The position numbers were made by a program, and so were the translations under genes. A stretch of DNA of 64,000 bases from Hormiphora californensis (lineage: Eukaryota; Animalia; Ctenophora): assembly GCA_020137815.1 (NCBI GenBank), contig CM035357.1:3410001-3474000 (forward strand), written 5' to 3'. This document shows, piece by piece, positions 11,619 to 24,104 of this stretch. The notes under the pieces are model-generated. The model was not told the origin of the DNA and did not search any database. It was given only the letters and a program-made list of their open reading frames with translations. How positions within the stretch are numbered: position 1 is the stretch's first letter; the number at the start of each line of letters is the position of its first letter.

Positions 11619-14600
11619 ATCTCTCTCTATCTATCTATCTATCTATCTCTCTGATTGAGAGAGTGAGAGCGGGATTGAGAGAGGGAGATTATCTATGGTT
11701 TTGTATGTCTTTGGGGATGTTATACGCCCAAAGACATACACTAATGGGGACCCCTACCCGGAAGCCGGATAATATGGTCTCGGGTGTCCTAAACCTACAG
11801 TTTTTGGACACCGGAGACTTACTATCCGGCTTCCTGATTAAAGTGGTTTATTGTCCCAAGCCGTGAATTCGGCAAAACATTTCGTTGTTTCACGACATTA
11901 TTGTACACTGTGTGTTCCTTTGCTGGGGTGCTCCGTGCTTGAGTTTCCCCTCTCTCTATCTCTTACCGCGAACCGTAGAACAGAATGAGCTTGTACGAGT
12001 TATAGATCTCTACAGCTGGAGAGTGGAGACGTGACACACGTCGACATCTCTCTCTCTCTTCCTTTCCCTCTCTCTATCTCTCTCTCTGGACCCTGGACTA
12101 TCTCTCCGTCACTCTCTTACTCTTTCAACATTTTAGCGAAGTCTCCGCATCAGCAAAAGATTCCATCTGGTAGTTTGGATGCCAAAAACACACTTCCCGG
12201 GGTGCTAGAGCCCCGAAAACCCCAGGAATCTTGAATGAGGGTAGAGAATAGTCTAGGTATGTAGTTTCATGACATAATCTTGTCAGCTTTTTTCTGGGTG
12301 AAGCCCAACGCTTGTAAAGATACAAAATGATTAATGAACACCCTGTACATGTACATACATTAACATGCTACATATTATCAACAACAACTACATTGATGGG
12401 TGAGAAGCGTTAAGGGCCAAAACCAAAATCCCCTTAGATGTATGGAATTTTTTATTTCTCCATTTTTTTCGACAATAACACCAGTGCAGCAGTGCGATAA
12501 TATCGAAGAGCAGCCAGCAAGGACGCTGCTCAGTTTCAAAAAAATATCTCAATCTTCCTTTCTCTCTGATATGTGGTCCCAAGGGAATACTGATCCCCTC
12601 TAACAAGGTTTTACTAGTAAAAGTATGTCTCTCACTTTTCTCCCCTTTGAGAAAAGAGAGAGCGATACATTAGTTTAGTACTCCCTGACTTGACGTAGGG
12701 GGCGAAAAGGAGAGATCTGTACAGTGCTGAACTGATATTTATGGTAAAGTACGCCAACTGTGTTTGCCGTCTACTTTAGTCCTATAGAAATTCCAAGGAC
12801 CCCCATAATAGATGCGATCAAGATCGTAACATAACTTTTAACTACTGTCCTACTGCAGCTGTCATTGCATTCGTCTGAAAAGTCCTTGCAGTCAGCTTTT
12901 CCATCGCATTTCTGGCTCAGAGGTAAAAACGAGGAGTTATCAGCACACTGGAAATTGTTGGCACACCCAGCATCCTCATCAGACCTGTCCCCACAGTCAT
13001 CAACCAGGTCACACACCCTCTCAAATAGAATACACTTCCGGTTTTTACACACGAACACGTTGTTATGAAACGCAGTTTTTTGTCGGAAAACTGATGTCAC
13101 AACACTTAACTCCGTGTTAAGTGAGTAAACTGCAATTGGGAGATTGTGACAGGAATTATGTAGTACCGGTCTATTCAAAGGGCATGCAGCATTTATACAT
13201 AGTCCAGTACAGCTGTGAAGGACATACGCCTCACCATAGAGGTATCTACAATCTTGCTTCCGGTCCAATGTGACAAGGGCTGTTGTTAGGTTCTTACCGA
13301 AGAATTGGTGAAATGGGTAGTTGAATTTTCGGAGTGAACACTGCTCCTTCATATGAAGGAGCACCGAGGAAAGACCTTTGTTGCATACATTTCCAACCAG
13401 ATATTCATTTCCAAATAGTTGAGCGGACGAAGGTCGGGCTAGAGCTTTATTTACATTTACCCTTCTTCTCGCGCTCTGACAAACCCCCTCGTCGCACGTA
13501 TGGGCCGAAGAACATACGATGGAAGAGTCTAGGAATTCTGAATGGTTGCCATAGCACAAGAACACGTTAGAACACGGTGCCGTGTCCACCTTAATCCTCA
13601 GAGTGGTGCCATTGCCGCACTTTTCCCAATTATCTTTCTCGTCGATGCCACTTTCACAATCTAAAACTCCATCTTGGATCCAATCCACCGGAACTCGAGA
13701 CAATTTCCCAAACCGTCTCTGACAAGTGTGAGTGGTAACTTTACCAGATCCACACCATATTTGACCCTCATCCATGCCACCTGCACAATCCTCCGTACCA
13801 TCACAAAGCTTATGCTTATGAATAAAGCAATACCGACCAACCCTGACACACTTCAACTCGATCCCATCATCACACAACTGTGGAGATTTATTGCTATCAC
13901 AGATCACATAGATGGAAATTGTGCTGCGATAACCGTTCACCAGACAGCTACCTCCTATCTTGGCCGGATCTGTGCAGTTAGTTTGGTCCATTCCAGATTG
14001 TACGCAGTAGGTAGACCTTTGAGGACTGAAAATATTTTCATTTCGACCATTGAATGTTAAGAAACATCGTGAACCGTTATACAAGGCAAATCTGCTACTG
14101 ATATGGCCGATACCATAAGATAATGCGTCACAAAGAAGTGCATCCTGATCCCAAGGAGGGGCTGTTCCTTCTTTTGGCATTCCTTGGAACGGCATAAAGA
14201 CCAGATCGTTAGAAACAGTTCCGTAGACGATTCCCCCGCCGCAATCCCGCTCCTCGACACACGTCATTTTGGAGCTTTGTGTTTCGCCAATCCAGATATC
14301 GTCACATATCCCATCGCAAACACCTCCCAATTTCAATGTGACCTCGACAATACTACCATTTTGTAGAGTGATATGATAAAACATAGTTCCTCCAGTTTTA
14401 TCGCTACACGCCTGGACGTCTTTCTGGACAAAGTTATCTTCAAAATTGTCGAAACAGACAACTCCACAAACCGGTGGCTGATCAAACATTTCAAGGAGAC
14501 TATGGTCAAAGAATTTGCCCATATATAATTGTCCACATGCCTGATAGATAGCGTCATCATTTGGGCAGAGTACAGAATAATGAGTTGTGGATATACGTTT

Positions 14601-15349
14601 TATACCGTTGTAGACTCCCTGTTTTTTATAGGTCACATTGGCCCAGTGCGAAACGTTGTTCAAGGTGTTATCAATGTGAAATCCGGTCGAAAAAAGTGCT
14701 ATAATTTTTTTCTATGAGGGTGATATTTTTAGGGTGATATTTTCCAATGCGCCACTATCACTGAGAGTTGTATATCACTGAATCATAATACTGGTCGGTG
14801 TTAGCCCTTGAAAAATTTCGCAGCGCCGGCAAGGGCCCCCAGGAGTATCTTAAATGCACATATGCATTCCGTGCATTCCAGCAGTTTTAAAGACTATCCG
14901 AGCAAGAAAAACTACTTTTGACATTATATCTACTATCTAGGAGTACATATAATGGTCGGTGTTAGCACCTGAAAAAATTTAGCAGCGCTGGCAAGCGCCA
15001 CTAGCGTATAATGATGATGATGGGGGTGAAATAAGTCATAAATTTAAGCATAAAAGTGATATCAATTAGATTGATAAATTGGCCAACATTTCGCACCGGG
15101 CACATTGGGAGCGGTGACACATTGAAAAATACTTTCACGCATCGAGAAGTACCGCTCCGTATTACAGATGTGGGCTAGAAACCCGTAATCAATGGCGATA
15201 GGACAAAGCTTCCCGTCTTCATAAGTATCAGATTGCGAAGAATTTACTCCAGATGAGTCAGTCATGGGTCCACTGTTGTCTGGAAAAGGGTCGACTGTTG
15301 CAAGAAGCACATTCAGTGTAAAGAACATTTTCCAGGTTCCTGTAGACAT
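9261..15349 (-). CDS. LDLa-repeat-containing rhodopsin-class GPCR (GRL101-related, no LRRs seen); coding segments ~15349-15062, ~14700-12775 and 10629-9261
   Basis: The first segment has a signal-peptide-like start. The 630-aa ORF has LDLa motifs (CDGTEDCAGGMDE, CDLVDDCGDRSDE, CDGKADCKDFSDEC) and the start of TM1. The 459-aa ORF has TM2-7 with GDLL, CWLPF and NPLLY. The two large ORFs are in the same frame. The first junction is uncertain. Confidence 0.85.
10630..12774 (-). mobile_element. 2.1 kb TIR element interrupting GPCR TM1; candidate spliced introner-like insertion
   Basis: Perfect 21-bp TIR ACGGCAAACACAGTTGGCGTA at 10634-10654 and 12750-12770. Minus-strand GT at 12774 and AG at 10630 lie 4 nt outside the TIRs. 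The interior has CT/GA tracts, a hairpin (~11050-11110) and a MITE fragment (~12125-12345). Confidence 0.75.
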
Positions 15350-15822
15350 GTTGTTGATGTAAAATGTCACAGTAGTAATAACTGTAACAGTATCTGTTAT
15401 AGAACAAACATATTCTAAGGCTGGTCAAACTAGAGTTGAGAACAAATATTTGTAAATGGCACCAGGCACTACATTCTACAACGGCAAGTGGATTATTTGA
15501 AGAGAAAAAAGAAAAAACGGAGGTATTATTCTATCAAATAGGAGACGGAGGACCTCCCGGTGATAGTATAATTGCTTCAATTGAAACAATCCTCCGTTCC
15601 GAAGAAGTTCGCGTCAATGCACCAGATTATCATATGGAAATGAGCGACTGAACTGAGCGATTGAACACTACAGGAAGTCAATCATCTTTACCAGCTTTCT
15701 TCCAGCGGCGTTTAGAAAAAGTTGGTAACCCCGTGGAGCGGCAGCACGAACCAAATTTAGAGTACTTAACCATGTTAACATTGTCGTATACAATTCAGAG
15801 CATGTTTCTAGGAAGAGAATCG

Positions 15823-16233
15823 GGCAGGTGAGAAGAAGCTCGACCGGTTAAGGGACCCTTTTAGGGACCCTTTAAGGGACCCTTTTAGGGACCCTTTAAG
15901 GGACCCTTTAAGGGACCCTAGAAAGTTAAGGGACCCTTTAAGGGACCCTAGGAAGTTAAGGGACCCTTTAATGAGGTAGAACGAATCGTGAGCAGTACCG
16001 TGTATCGGTTCACATCTTTGTCTCTGTCTGTCTCTGTCGCTCCCTCTGTCTCTGTCCCCCCTCTGTCTCTGTCCCTGTCTATGTCTCTGCCTCTGTATCT
16101 CTCTCTCTCCCTATGTCTCTGCCTCTGTCGCTGTCATTGTCTCTGTCTCTGTATCTGTCTCTGGCTCTCCCTCTGTCTCTGTCTCTCTCAGCTATCTCCA
16201 TCCTAAAAAGACAGAGAAAGAGAGAGATAGAGA

Positions 16234-16279
<46 letters not shown>

Positions 16280-17322
16280 CAGTGACAGTGACAGTGACAG
16301 AGACAGATACAGAGACAGAGACAGAGACAAAGACAGCGACAGAGACAGAGGGAGAGAGATACAGAGACTGAGACAGAGGGAGAGACATAGGGAGGGACAG
16401 AGACAGACACAGAGGGGGAGACAGTGACAGAGGGAGAGACAGAGATGTGAACTGATACACGGTACTGCTCACTGCTCAGGGTGTGCTATTTTTCCCAACT
16501 CATAAATCAAATCCAATTTTCACAAAGTTTACCCCTAGAATGAGTTCCTACGATCATTCTAAAACATTTGGTAAAAAAATTTTAGTCCTACCCTGGCCCA
16601 ATTACGTGGGCCGATGTATGCCCATATATTTTAGTCAAAAATGAACATTTTTGGTCCAAAATGAACATTTTCAGGTCAAAAATGACCTTTGGCTAACTTT
16701 CATGATACACATCCATTCTGATCGGTATCAAACCGCTGAACACGACCCTGACCATAAAAAGTTGATATCAAGAACATGCCAAACACTGGTGTAAAACACA
16801 CATATTTTCCTTTTTTCGGTAAAAAAGTAAACTTTTTTAATCGCCTGGCCCACGTAATTGACATACACTATCCCAATTCCGTTTTCAGGATGTAGTAGAC
16901 AATTGTCCATAGTTTCATATCTACCCTTAACCTTTTGGCCAAGTCGACAAAATTTTCACTTAGCACACCCTACTGAGCACACTCACTGAGCAGTGCTCAG
17001 TGCTCACGATTCGGTGTACCTCATTAGCGACGGAACCTCTTACAATGTGTACTGATACAAGGGTACTGACCACGATTCGGTGTACCTCATTAGTAGCGGA
17101 ACCGCTTACAATGTGAACTGATACGACGGTACTGCTCACGATTCGTTCTACCTCATTAAAGGGTCCCTTAACTTCCTAGGGTCCCTTAAAGGGTCCCTTA
17201 ACTTTCTAGGGTCCCTTAAAGGGTCCCTTAACTTTCTAGGGTCCCTTAAAGGGTCCCTAAAAGGGTCCCTTAAAGGGTCCCTAAAAGGGTCCCTTAACCG
17301 GTCGGGCTTCTTCTCACCTGCC
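15823..17322. mobile_element. Foldback element with long TIRs and an 8-bp TSD (Merlin/Mutator-like)
   Basis: Ends GGCAGGTGAGAAGAAGC...GCTTCTTCTCACCTGCC. TSD GAGAATCG at 15815-15822 and 17323-17330. The arms contain tandem AGGGACCCTTTA repeats. Confidence 0.9.
16477..16972. mobile_element. Nested short TIR element (hAT-like termini)
   Basis: cagggtgtgcta ... tagcacacccta inside the foldback element. No clear TSD. Confidence 0.5.
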
Positions 17323-17689
17323 GAGAATCGTCCATTGAAAATGATAAAACTAGGTAGAAGTCTCTATCTCTTATAGATCCCGAAATATCGCGAAGCGAAG
17401 TTATTTCTGAAACGACCTAATATTTATACCGGAAGGTAACAGTATTAATTGATCCCGATATACCGGGCACCCCTTTACCGGGTAGAACCCTTTTCCCCGA
17501 GCATACCTGTGAATCAGGGTCCGGCTAAATTTCTTGTCGGAAAAACATTTCAAACCAAACTTATAATATGAATAATACGTTAAATATCTCGTTACGTCCA
17601 GCCCGGGGGCTTCCTCAACGTAGCCTCGACCACCTTAATAGAGAACACCCCAAGTGCCTGCGCCCGTCACTCTCAAATTAGAAAAATAA

Positions 17690-18088
17690 GTCAAAAAAAC
17701 TCTGGTAATAAATATAAATGGCAAACAAGAATAACTGCATTATGTTCCATAATGCTATATGTTTCCCCGCCAACCTTTTTTTCCATGACCATCTAATGTG
17801 AAGGCGCTACAGAGATTTCCGATGATTTATGAATCACTCAAACCGTATAGAACAAATCCTTGTGTTTTATTAGCACTAAATTACGTGCCACATTGCGCGG
17901 CTCACATTTCCTGAAAACGTGCCATTGAAGTATTTGATGAAGGAGCAACACCGTTGTCCCTCGCAACTGAGCGTGTTACAACCGGTTTTGTGACCGTGAC
18001 ACCTCACTAAGTATGTAAAATTGTCGAATTCTAAACCCCTATGCCTTTTTGCAAAAGGCATTTGGGTGAATGCCCAGGCGGGGAAAAA
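17690..18088 (-). mobile_element. Dispersed repeat, Helentron/HINE-like; same family as 41402-42030
   Basis: The reverse complement matches 41402 onward (ggcattcaccc..atgcc, aaaaaggcatag..ttagaattcga, ctccttcatcaaa, cattatg.a.acataatgca). Confidence 0.55.
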
Positions 18089-18089
18089 A

Positions 18090-18487
18090 TCATATTCGGG
18101 GCCTGGCAAGGCCCCCCGACCCGAATATAACCCAAACTCAACCCATCCCCCCTAAAACATCCCCCCCCTAAAACTAAAACAACGGGGCCGAGCCGACAGG
18201 CCCTTAATACCAGATGAAAAAAAACCATAAACCATTCGGGGCCTGGCAAGGCCCCCCCCCCCCCCCCCCCCGACCCGAATATAACCCAAACTCAACCCAT
18301 CCCCCCTAAAACATCCCCCCTAAAACTAAAACAACGGGGCCGAGCCGACAGGCCCTTAATACCAGATGAAAAAAAAAACATTAGGGGCCTGGCAAGGCCC
18401 CCCGACCCGAATATAACCCAAACTCAACCCATCCCCCTACAACAACGGGGCCGAGCCGACAGGCCCTTAATACCAGATGAAAAAAAA
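18090..18487. repeat. Three copies of a ~110-145 bp unit with a GGGGCCTGGCAAGGCCCC hairpin
   Basis: Repeats of ggggcctggcaaggcccc...gccgagccgacaggcccttaataccagatgaaaaaaaa. Confidence 0.85.
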
Positions 18488-18952
18488 AACCATAAAACCA
18501 TAAACCATAAAACCATAGATATTTTTAGAGTGAAAGTTTTGAAGCCCCCTGAAGTAGTAGAGAGGTGTTCTATGGCTCGTTGGAAAGGTCTCGAGGTCCC
18601 GCGACGTATAGGGGGTGTGGCGATGGCCATACCCAAACCTATAAGGGGTATAGGACGCGAAAAACAGTCAAAATAAGGGGTATAAAGAACTCGGCAATTA
18701 GAAGGAGTAGAAAGGTGTTCTAGGGTCCGTTCGAAAGCTCTCGAGGTCCTAAAGTAATTGGAATGTAATTGGAAGTAATTACATGTAATTAAAATGTAAT
18801 TACATGTAATTAAAGGGTAATTACATGTAATTAAAAGGTCTAAATGACCCCAAATGACAATTCAGACATATTTTGACATATTTGGAGGCCCTGAGACCAA
18901 ATTTAATCCGGTTTCGGGTCGGCTGACGTAAAAACTCCGCATTTTGGTCGAG
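18488..18952. repeat. Solo dispersed copy of the 470-bp satellite unit
   Basis: Near-identical to the array units, from aaccataaaaccatagatatt to ttttggtcgag. Confidence 0.95.
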
Positions 18953-19704
18953 ATAAATAACTAAATAAATAATCATTTTGACCCGTTTATCTCTCAGCAC
19001 GTGTTACTTAACCACCTGTACGCACTGACTCTACGAGAAGGAGTGATAGTACTTGGAGCAACGCATCGTTACAAACGGAAATACGTCACGACGATGCTTT
19101 ATAAACCAATCTCAAAGAATGAACAGTGAGAGAAAAAGAGAGGGATACAATTTTCTACTATAATAAACAGTGTCTAACCAGAGAGAGAGGTTTATGTTCA
19201 GGGCCAGAGGGGGTTTGTAAGGGTGTAAAACCACAGACAGCTCTCAAAAGGAAGTAAATACTTCACCAATTAGTCAGTAACTCTCTATCGACCCTCTATG
19301 CTGTACTGATTCGATTCACACGGTGTCTTTCTCGTGGTGTACAAATGCGAACTGCTTGGGGTTATTGTATATCGAATTGTGGGGGTTGGATTAAGGGATC
19401 TAGCTACTGCAGTGATATAGTGATAAAGATTAAAGCTGAGATATAATTGTAATTTTGTTAGAGAGGTGATAAGTTATAATTGTGTATCCGATGTAATGTT
19501 TCGCAGCGTTTATGTTTCTTTTAATAAACTCTTGCTAGTTTTTAATTGCCAGTATCAATTCAAAGTTTTTCCGATATAATTACAGTCGGACCCCAATTTA
19601 CCGGGATATTCGTGGGAAAGGGTACTGCCCGGTTAATCCGACTGTTTATTCATCTAAACTCACCCAGCATAATTCCTCTAAAATATGTTTCTGAAAGGTT
19701 GTTT

Positions 19705-22700
19705 ATGGCTAAGATAAGTGGACCTGTTTCACAATATGAGAGAGCACGGAGAGAGAAGATCAAAAGGAATAAAGCCATCGTAAGTGCTCAATGAATTTAC
19801 ACCCATTACCCTGGTTTACCAAACTGTGTCCTGGTATAGTCGGACCCCCATTTAACGGAACTCCAATTCATAGGGAGGGTAAACTTTCTCCCGAGCATCC
19901 CGGTACAAATTGGGGTCCGACTGTATCTCAAAATATATTTTACACACCTCCAAGCCTAGCAACTAGTTTTTACTCCCAATCTAATGTTTTATACCCAATA
20001 ATAATGTATTTCAGTTAGCAAGTGTCTTCCCAGACCTGGAATCAGCAAGAGCGAATGTGTGTCCATCTCTACCAATCGAACCTCCTCGCAAGAAGAAAAA
20101 GGCAAGGGTGAGTCTCGTAGACAGAACACGATTTTTTGTCTATCTGGCAGCGCCGTGCACCCGATCTGGGCGCTCTGTCCTCAGCTTGAGAATCTAGACG
20201 GGGGGGGGGGGGCAGATTATTCTAATTTCTTGTTCGACCAGCCTTCTCACTGTGTGCCACTTTTCAGAGTACGTTTGAAAGGAAGATGGTGAAAGAGACT
20301 CCGTACCAAGCCAAGGTGGTGAGAAGGAACCCCTCCCGACACGCTCGGAACACCATCGATCATGTTCCTGATGGTGAGTTAGTCTTGGTATCGAAGACAC
20401 CTCACACTCTGCACGCTGGCAAGGGGTAACCTCGTAACCAAGAGTTAGTCTACCCTATCTCTTATGCGTATGAGTATTGGCCTGGCCCTATTTGATTATC
20501 ATTTCGTTCAAATAAGGAAACAGCGGTCAGAGCATTGGCCTAATAGTGCTGCTTGCAGTCAAAATTTGGTTACGAAGTCACCCCTATTATTGCATATAGG
20601 GGTGACAATACCGCCTACCTAAAAATGACAATTTACGGGACCTTCTCATAAAAAGTTATCGAAAACTTGTCTAAAACCTATCTAAAACGTATGGTACTAG
20701 TTTGTATAGTAACCAGGACCTGAATTCTACAGAAAGTAACGACCGGTAGCGATTACACCACATGTTTAACAACAGAGGTGTGTCGCATAACTCCTTATAT
20801 GGGCATAAAATTCCAATCTTGTGGAATTTTTTCTGACTCGACTATAGCTTAGTTATCAATGAATCCACCTCTAATACCTTTGGAATGGCATTTTGCACAT
20901 TTCTGAAGGTTTTTGTAGCCAAATTCCAGCATCTTCATAGTTTTCCAAAAACAAAAAGAGTGTTAATGGCCAAAATTTCGAAAAATTCCGGTATGTAATG
21001 GTAGCTCAGACAATTTCCTCGGTATGTTCAAAAAATTAGAACTTTCTGTTTTGTAGTTTGGACACAGGAATTTTTTTCCCGCCGTACAAGCGATATTATT
21101 ACCCCTCCGTGAGCTAGCGCAGAGGGGGAATTTCATTACCAAAGTCAAAATACGGTAACGCAAAATACAGTAAGGAGACGCGCACGGTGCATAACGCGCA
21201 GCAAAAAGTTCATGTGTCAGCACGTACTAGCGCCCTGATTGGTCACGGTTGCGCGTCGTCTTACTGTATCTTCGTTTTCCATTACCGTTTTCCCACTACA
21301 AGCGACCGTGTTACAACTTTCTCTCTCTCTCCATCTTTCTTTGTTTATATCTTTCTCGGGCGTTATTTTATTGTTTGCATTAATTATAATTCACCCATGT
21401 GCTGAATAATGAATCCCCAATGATTGTATAGGTGTCGAGGTAGCACTACGGGAGAGTGGAGACCACGATGAGTTTTTTGAGACACCCATTTGTCTCTCAA
21501 CATCTACGGGCCGCTATCATGTAAGATTATATTATCATATCAGATCAGATAATCGTACAGTACCATAAATGTGAGATTGTATCCCCTCTTTTGGCTTGAA
21601 GACCCCTTACTCAACAACTTTTTGCTGGACGCACAATTTAGCGATTTGAATTTACAATTACCATGTAAATTTACAACTACTGTGTATTTTTTCAGAACAG
21701 ACCAGTGAGAGAGGTAGAAGTTGAATTCAAAACTGAGGAGGATCGAGAGAAGTGGAATGAGGATGTATCTAAACCAGCGGAGCATTTCACAGACAAAATC
21801 TATAGTGCTAATGTAGGTTTAATTCATTCCAAATACTATTGTTCCAATACTAATTCACTTTTATCAATCAGCCCATTAGTACATAATTGACACCCATTAA
21901 CCCTAATTGACACTAATTAACTCTTTACATAACCACACACAGGGTACGACATGTCACCAGTGCCGACAAAAGACACTGGACGGTAAAACCCGGTGTAAGA
22001 ATATCAACTGCCCGGGTCAGAGGGGGCAGTTTTGTAACGTTTGTCTGAAGAATAGATACGGAGAAAAGGTGCTGGATGCCCTACAGGATAAGGTATGTTA
22101 CATGTAGCGGGATGTTCCACAAACATACTGTTTATATCGCCCCATCTTTATCCCCATAGTTCTGTAACTCACTGCCCACCTGATCTGGTGCCGCCCGTCA
22201 ATGTTTACAACCTCCCCCGATCCCCGTCTGGCGTCTTGTCCAGTGTCCTCTCCTGTACCCCCCGGCCCCCCAACTTTTCCTATCCTGTAACCCCTCTCCC
22301 TCTACAGAGATGGCTGTGTCCACCATGTCGTGGTATTTGCAACTGCTCCGTCTGCAACTCCCGTCGAGGAAGACCCCCAACTGGTGTGCTTCTACCCATC
22401 GCAATGGAAAAGGGGTTTTCTTGTGTCAAGGATTATTTGGAAAGGTGAGATTCTGAAAAAGAATGTATGGGGGGGGCGTCACCTTTTTATTGCCCATAAT
22501 CCCAGCGAATTTTGGTTTTGCCCATATGGGCAAAATGGGCAAAAGTGGGCAAATTGAAATGTTCAGTGTTATATAATATGTCGTTTTTTCAAGTCTATAC
22601 CTTGATTTCATCTCTTAAAAACTCGGTCAGAATTAAAATGGTCTTAATTTGGTGTCTAATTAGAAGTCAAATTCTTTTTAGTGGTCAAATCCTAAATTTA

Positions 22701-23528
22701 GGATTTTTTAGGTTTTTTTGGCTTTAATGGGTTTTAGAAACATCCTAGAACAAAATAAATACAAGCATCTTCCTCAGCGCGAAATTCTGCTTCAATTATA
22801 GTGGCTATAAACCTATCTATGATGTAAGGTGCAGGAGTTATTTTTTGCCCATTTTTGCCCATTTTGCCCAAAGTCCCACGATTCCCCCCCCCCCCCCCCC
22901 CCCCCCCGATGTATGGGAAGTTTATTTGATGCAAATATCTGTAACATATAATATGTTGCTCAGAAGTGTTCATAGACTGTTCTGTTCAAGCCTTATCTCA
23001 ATTCTTTTTGTTGAGTTACTCAAAAAATTATTTGCAGTGTCGAACAGAAGAAAGGAAAGAAACGAAAGGCTGGAGGAGAACTTGTTGTTGAGTTTGATGA
23101 TGAGAACAAGGAAAATATCGATCCGAGGGAGCATGTAAAACAGGTACATATTTTATTCTCTGGATCAGCTGTGTAGGGCTGACGGCACCGTCCGTGGTGA
23201 TTGGTGGAGACATGTGAAGAGAGTGACCCCTGTGGTGTACTAACATGGTCCCGAGTTTTATCAGGCATAGACGACTCGAGATTTTACAAAGTTTATTCGT
23301 AAGATTAAGAAAATTGTGAATTTGTAATCGTTTTTATTGTATCGTCAGGGAAATTTAAACATTCCATCCTCTCAGGAACTACAGACTGAAGACATCAAAG
23401 TTGAACCAACGAGGGAAATAAAGGAGGAAATGTTAGAAGAGGACTGTTTCGAGAATATAGATCCTGAACTTATTGAACAAGCATTGATTGCAGTCAAACA
23501 GGAATTGAGTGAAAAGGGGATTGAGTGA
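19705..23528 (+). CDS. CDCA7: CDCA7-like zf-4CXXC_R1 zinc-finger protein, 9 coding exons
   Basis: GT-AG exons join in frame: [25 protein letters not shown] ... [50 protein letters not shown] / [16 protein letters not shown]...PTGVL...[10 protein letters not shown]. This matches the CDCA7 finger, including the CRQK, GQFC and NRYGE motifs. Confidence 0.9.
20543..21312. mobile_element. Insertion in intron 3 of CDCA7 copy 1, absent from the same intron of copy 2
   Basis: Copy 2 reads gagcattggccta-acaactttctctc with no insert. Its first ~540 bp recur at ~23571-24103. Confidence 0.7.
22472..22908. mobile_element. MULE-like MITE with a 9-bp TSD in a CDCA7 copy-1 intron
   Basis: G-run and C-run ends, inverted gggcaaaa/ttttgccc repeats, flanking atgtatggg at 22463-22471 and 22909-22917. 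Absent from copy 2. Confidence 0.7.
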
Positions 23529-24104
23529 AAACAATGATGATTGAATTGGACTCTATAGTTTTTAATTTTCTTGCTGCTTGCGTCAAAATTTGGTTACGAA
23601 GTCACCCCATTATTGCATATGGGGTGACAATACCCCACCTAAAAATACAATTTACGGGACCTTCTCATAAAAAGTTATCGAAAACTTGTCTAAAACCTAT
23701 CTAAAACGTATGGTACTATTTTGTATAGTAACCAGGACCTGAATTCTACAGAAAGTAACGACCGGTAGCGATACACCCACATGTTATAACACAGAGGTGT
23801 GTCGCATAACTCCTTATATGGGCATAAAATTCCAATCTTGTGGAATTTTTTCTGACTCGACTATAGCTTTTTATCAATGAATCCACCTCTAATACCTTTG
23901 GAATGGCATTTTGCACATTTTCTGAAGGTTTTTGTAGCCAAATTCCAGCATCTTCATAGTTTTCCAAAAACAAAAAGAGTGTTAATGGCCAAAATTTCGA
24001 AAAATTCCGGTATGTAATGGTAGCTCAGACAATTTCCTCGGTATTTCAAAAATTAGAACTTTCTGTTTTGTAGTTTGGACACAGGAATTTTTTTTTCCCG
24101 CCGG

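Noticed and set aside
19583-19923. A single MITE capturing CDCA7 exon 1
   Set aside because: Better explained as two separate mini-elements (19583-19644 and 19838-19923), each with its own pair of ends.
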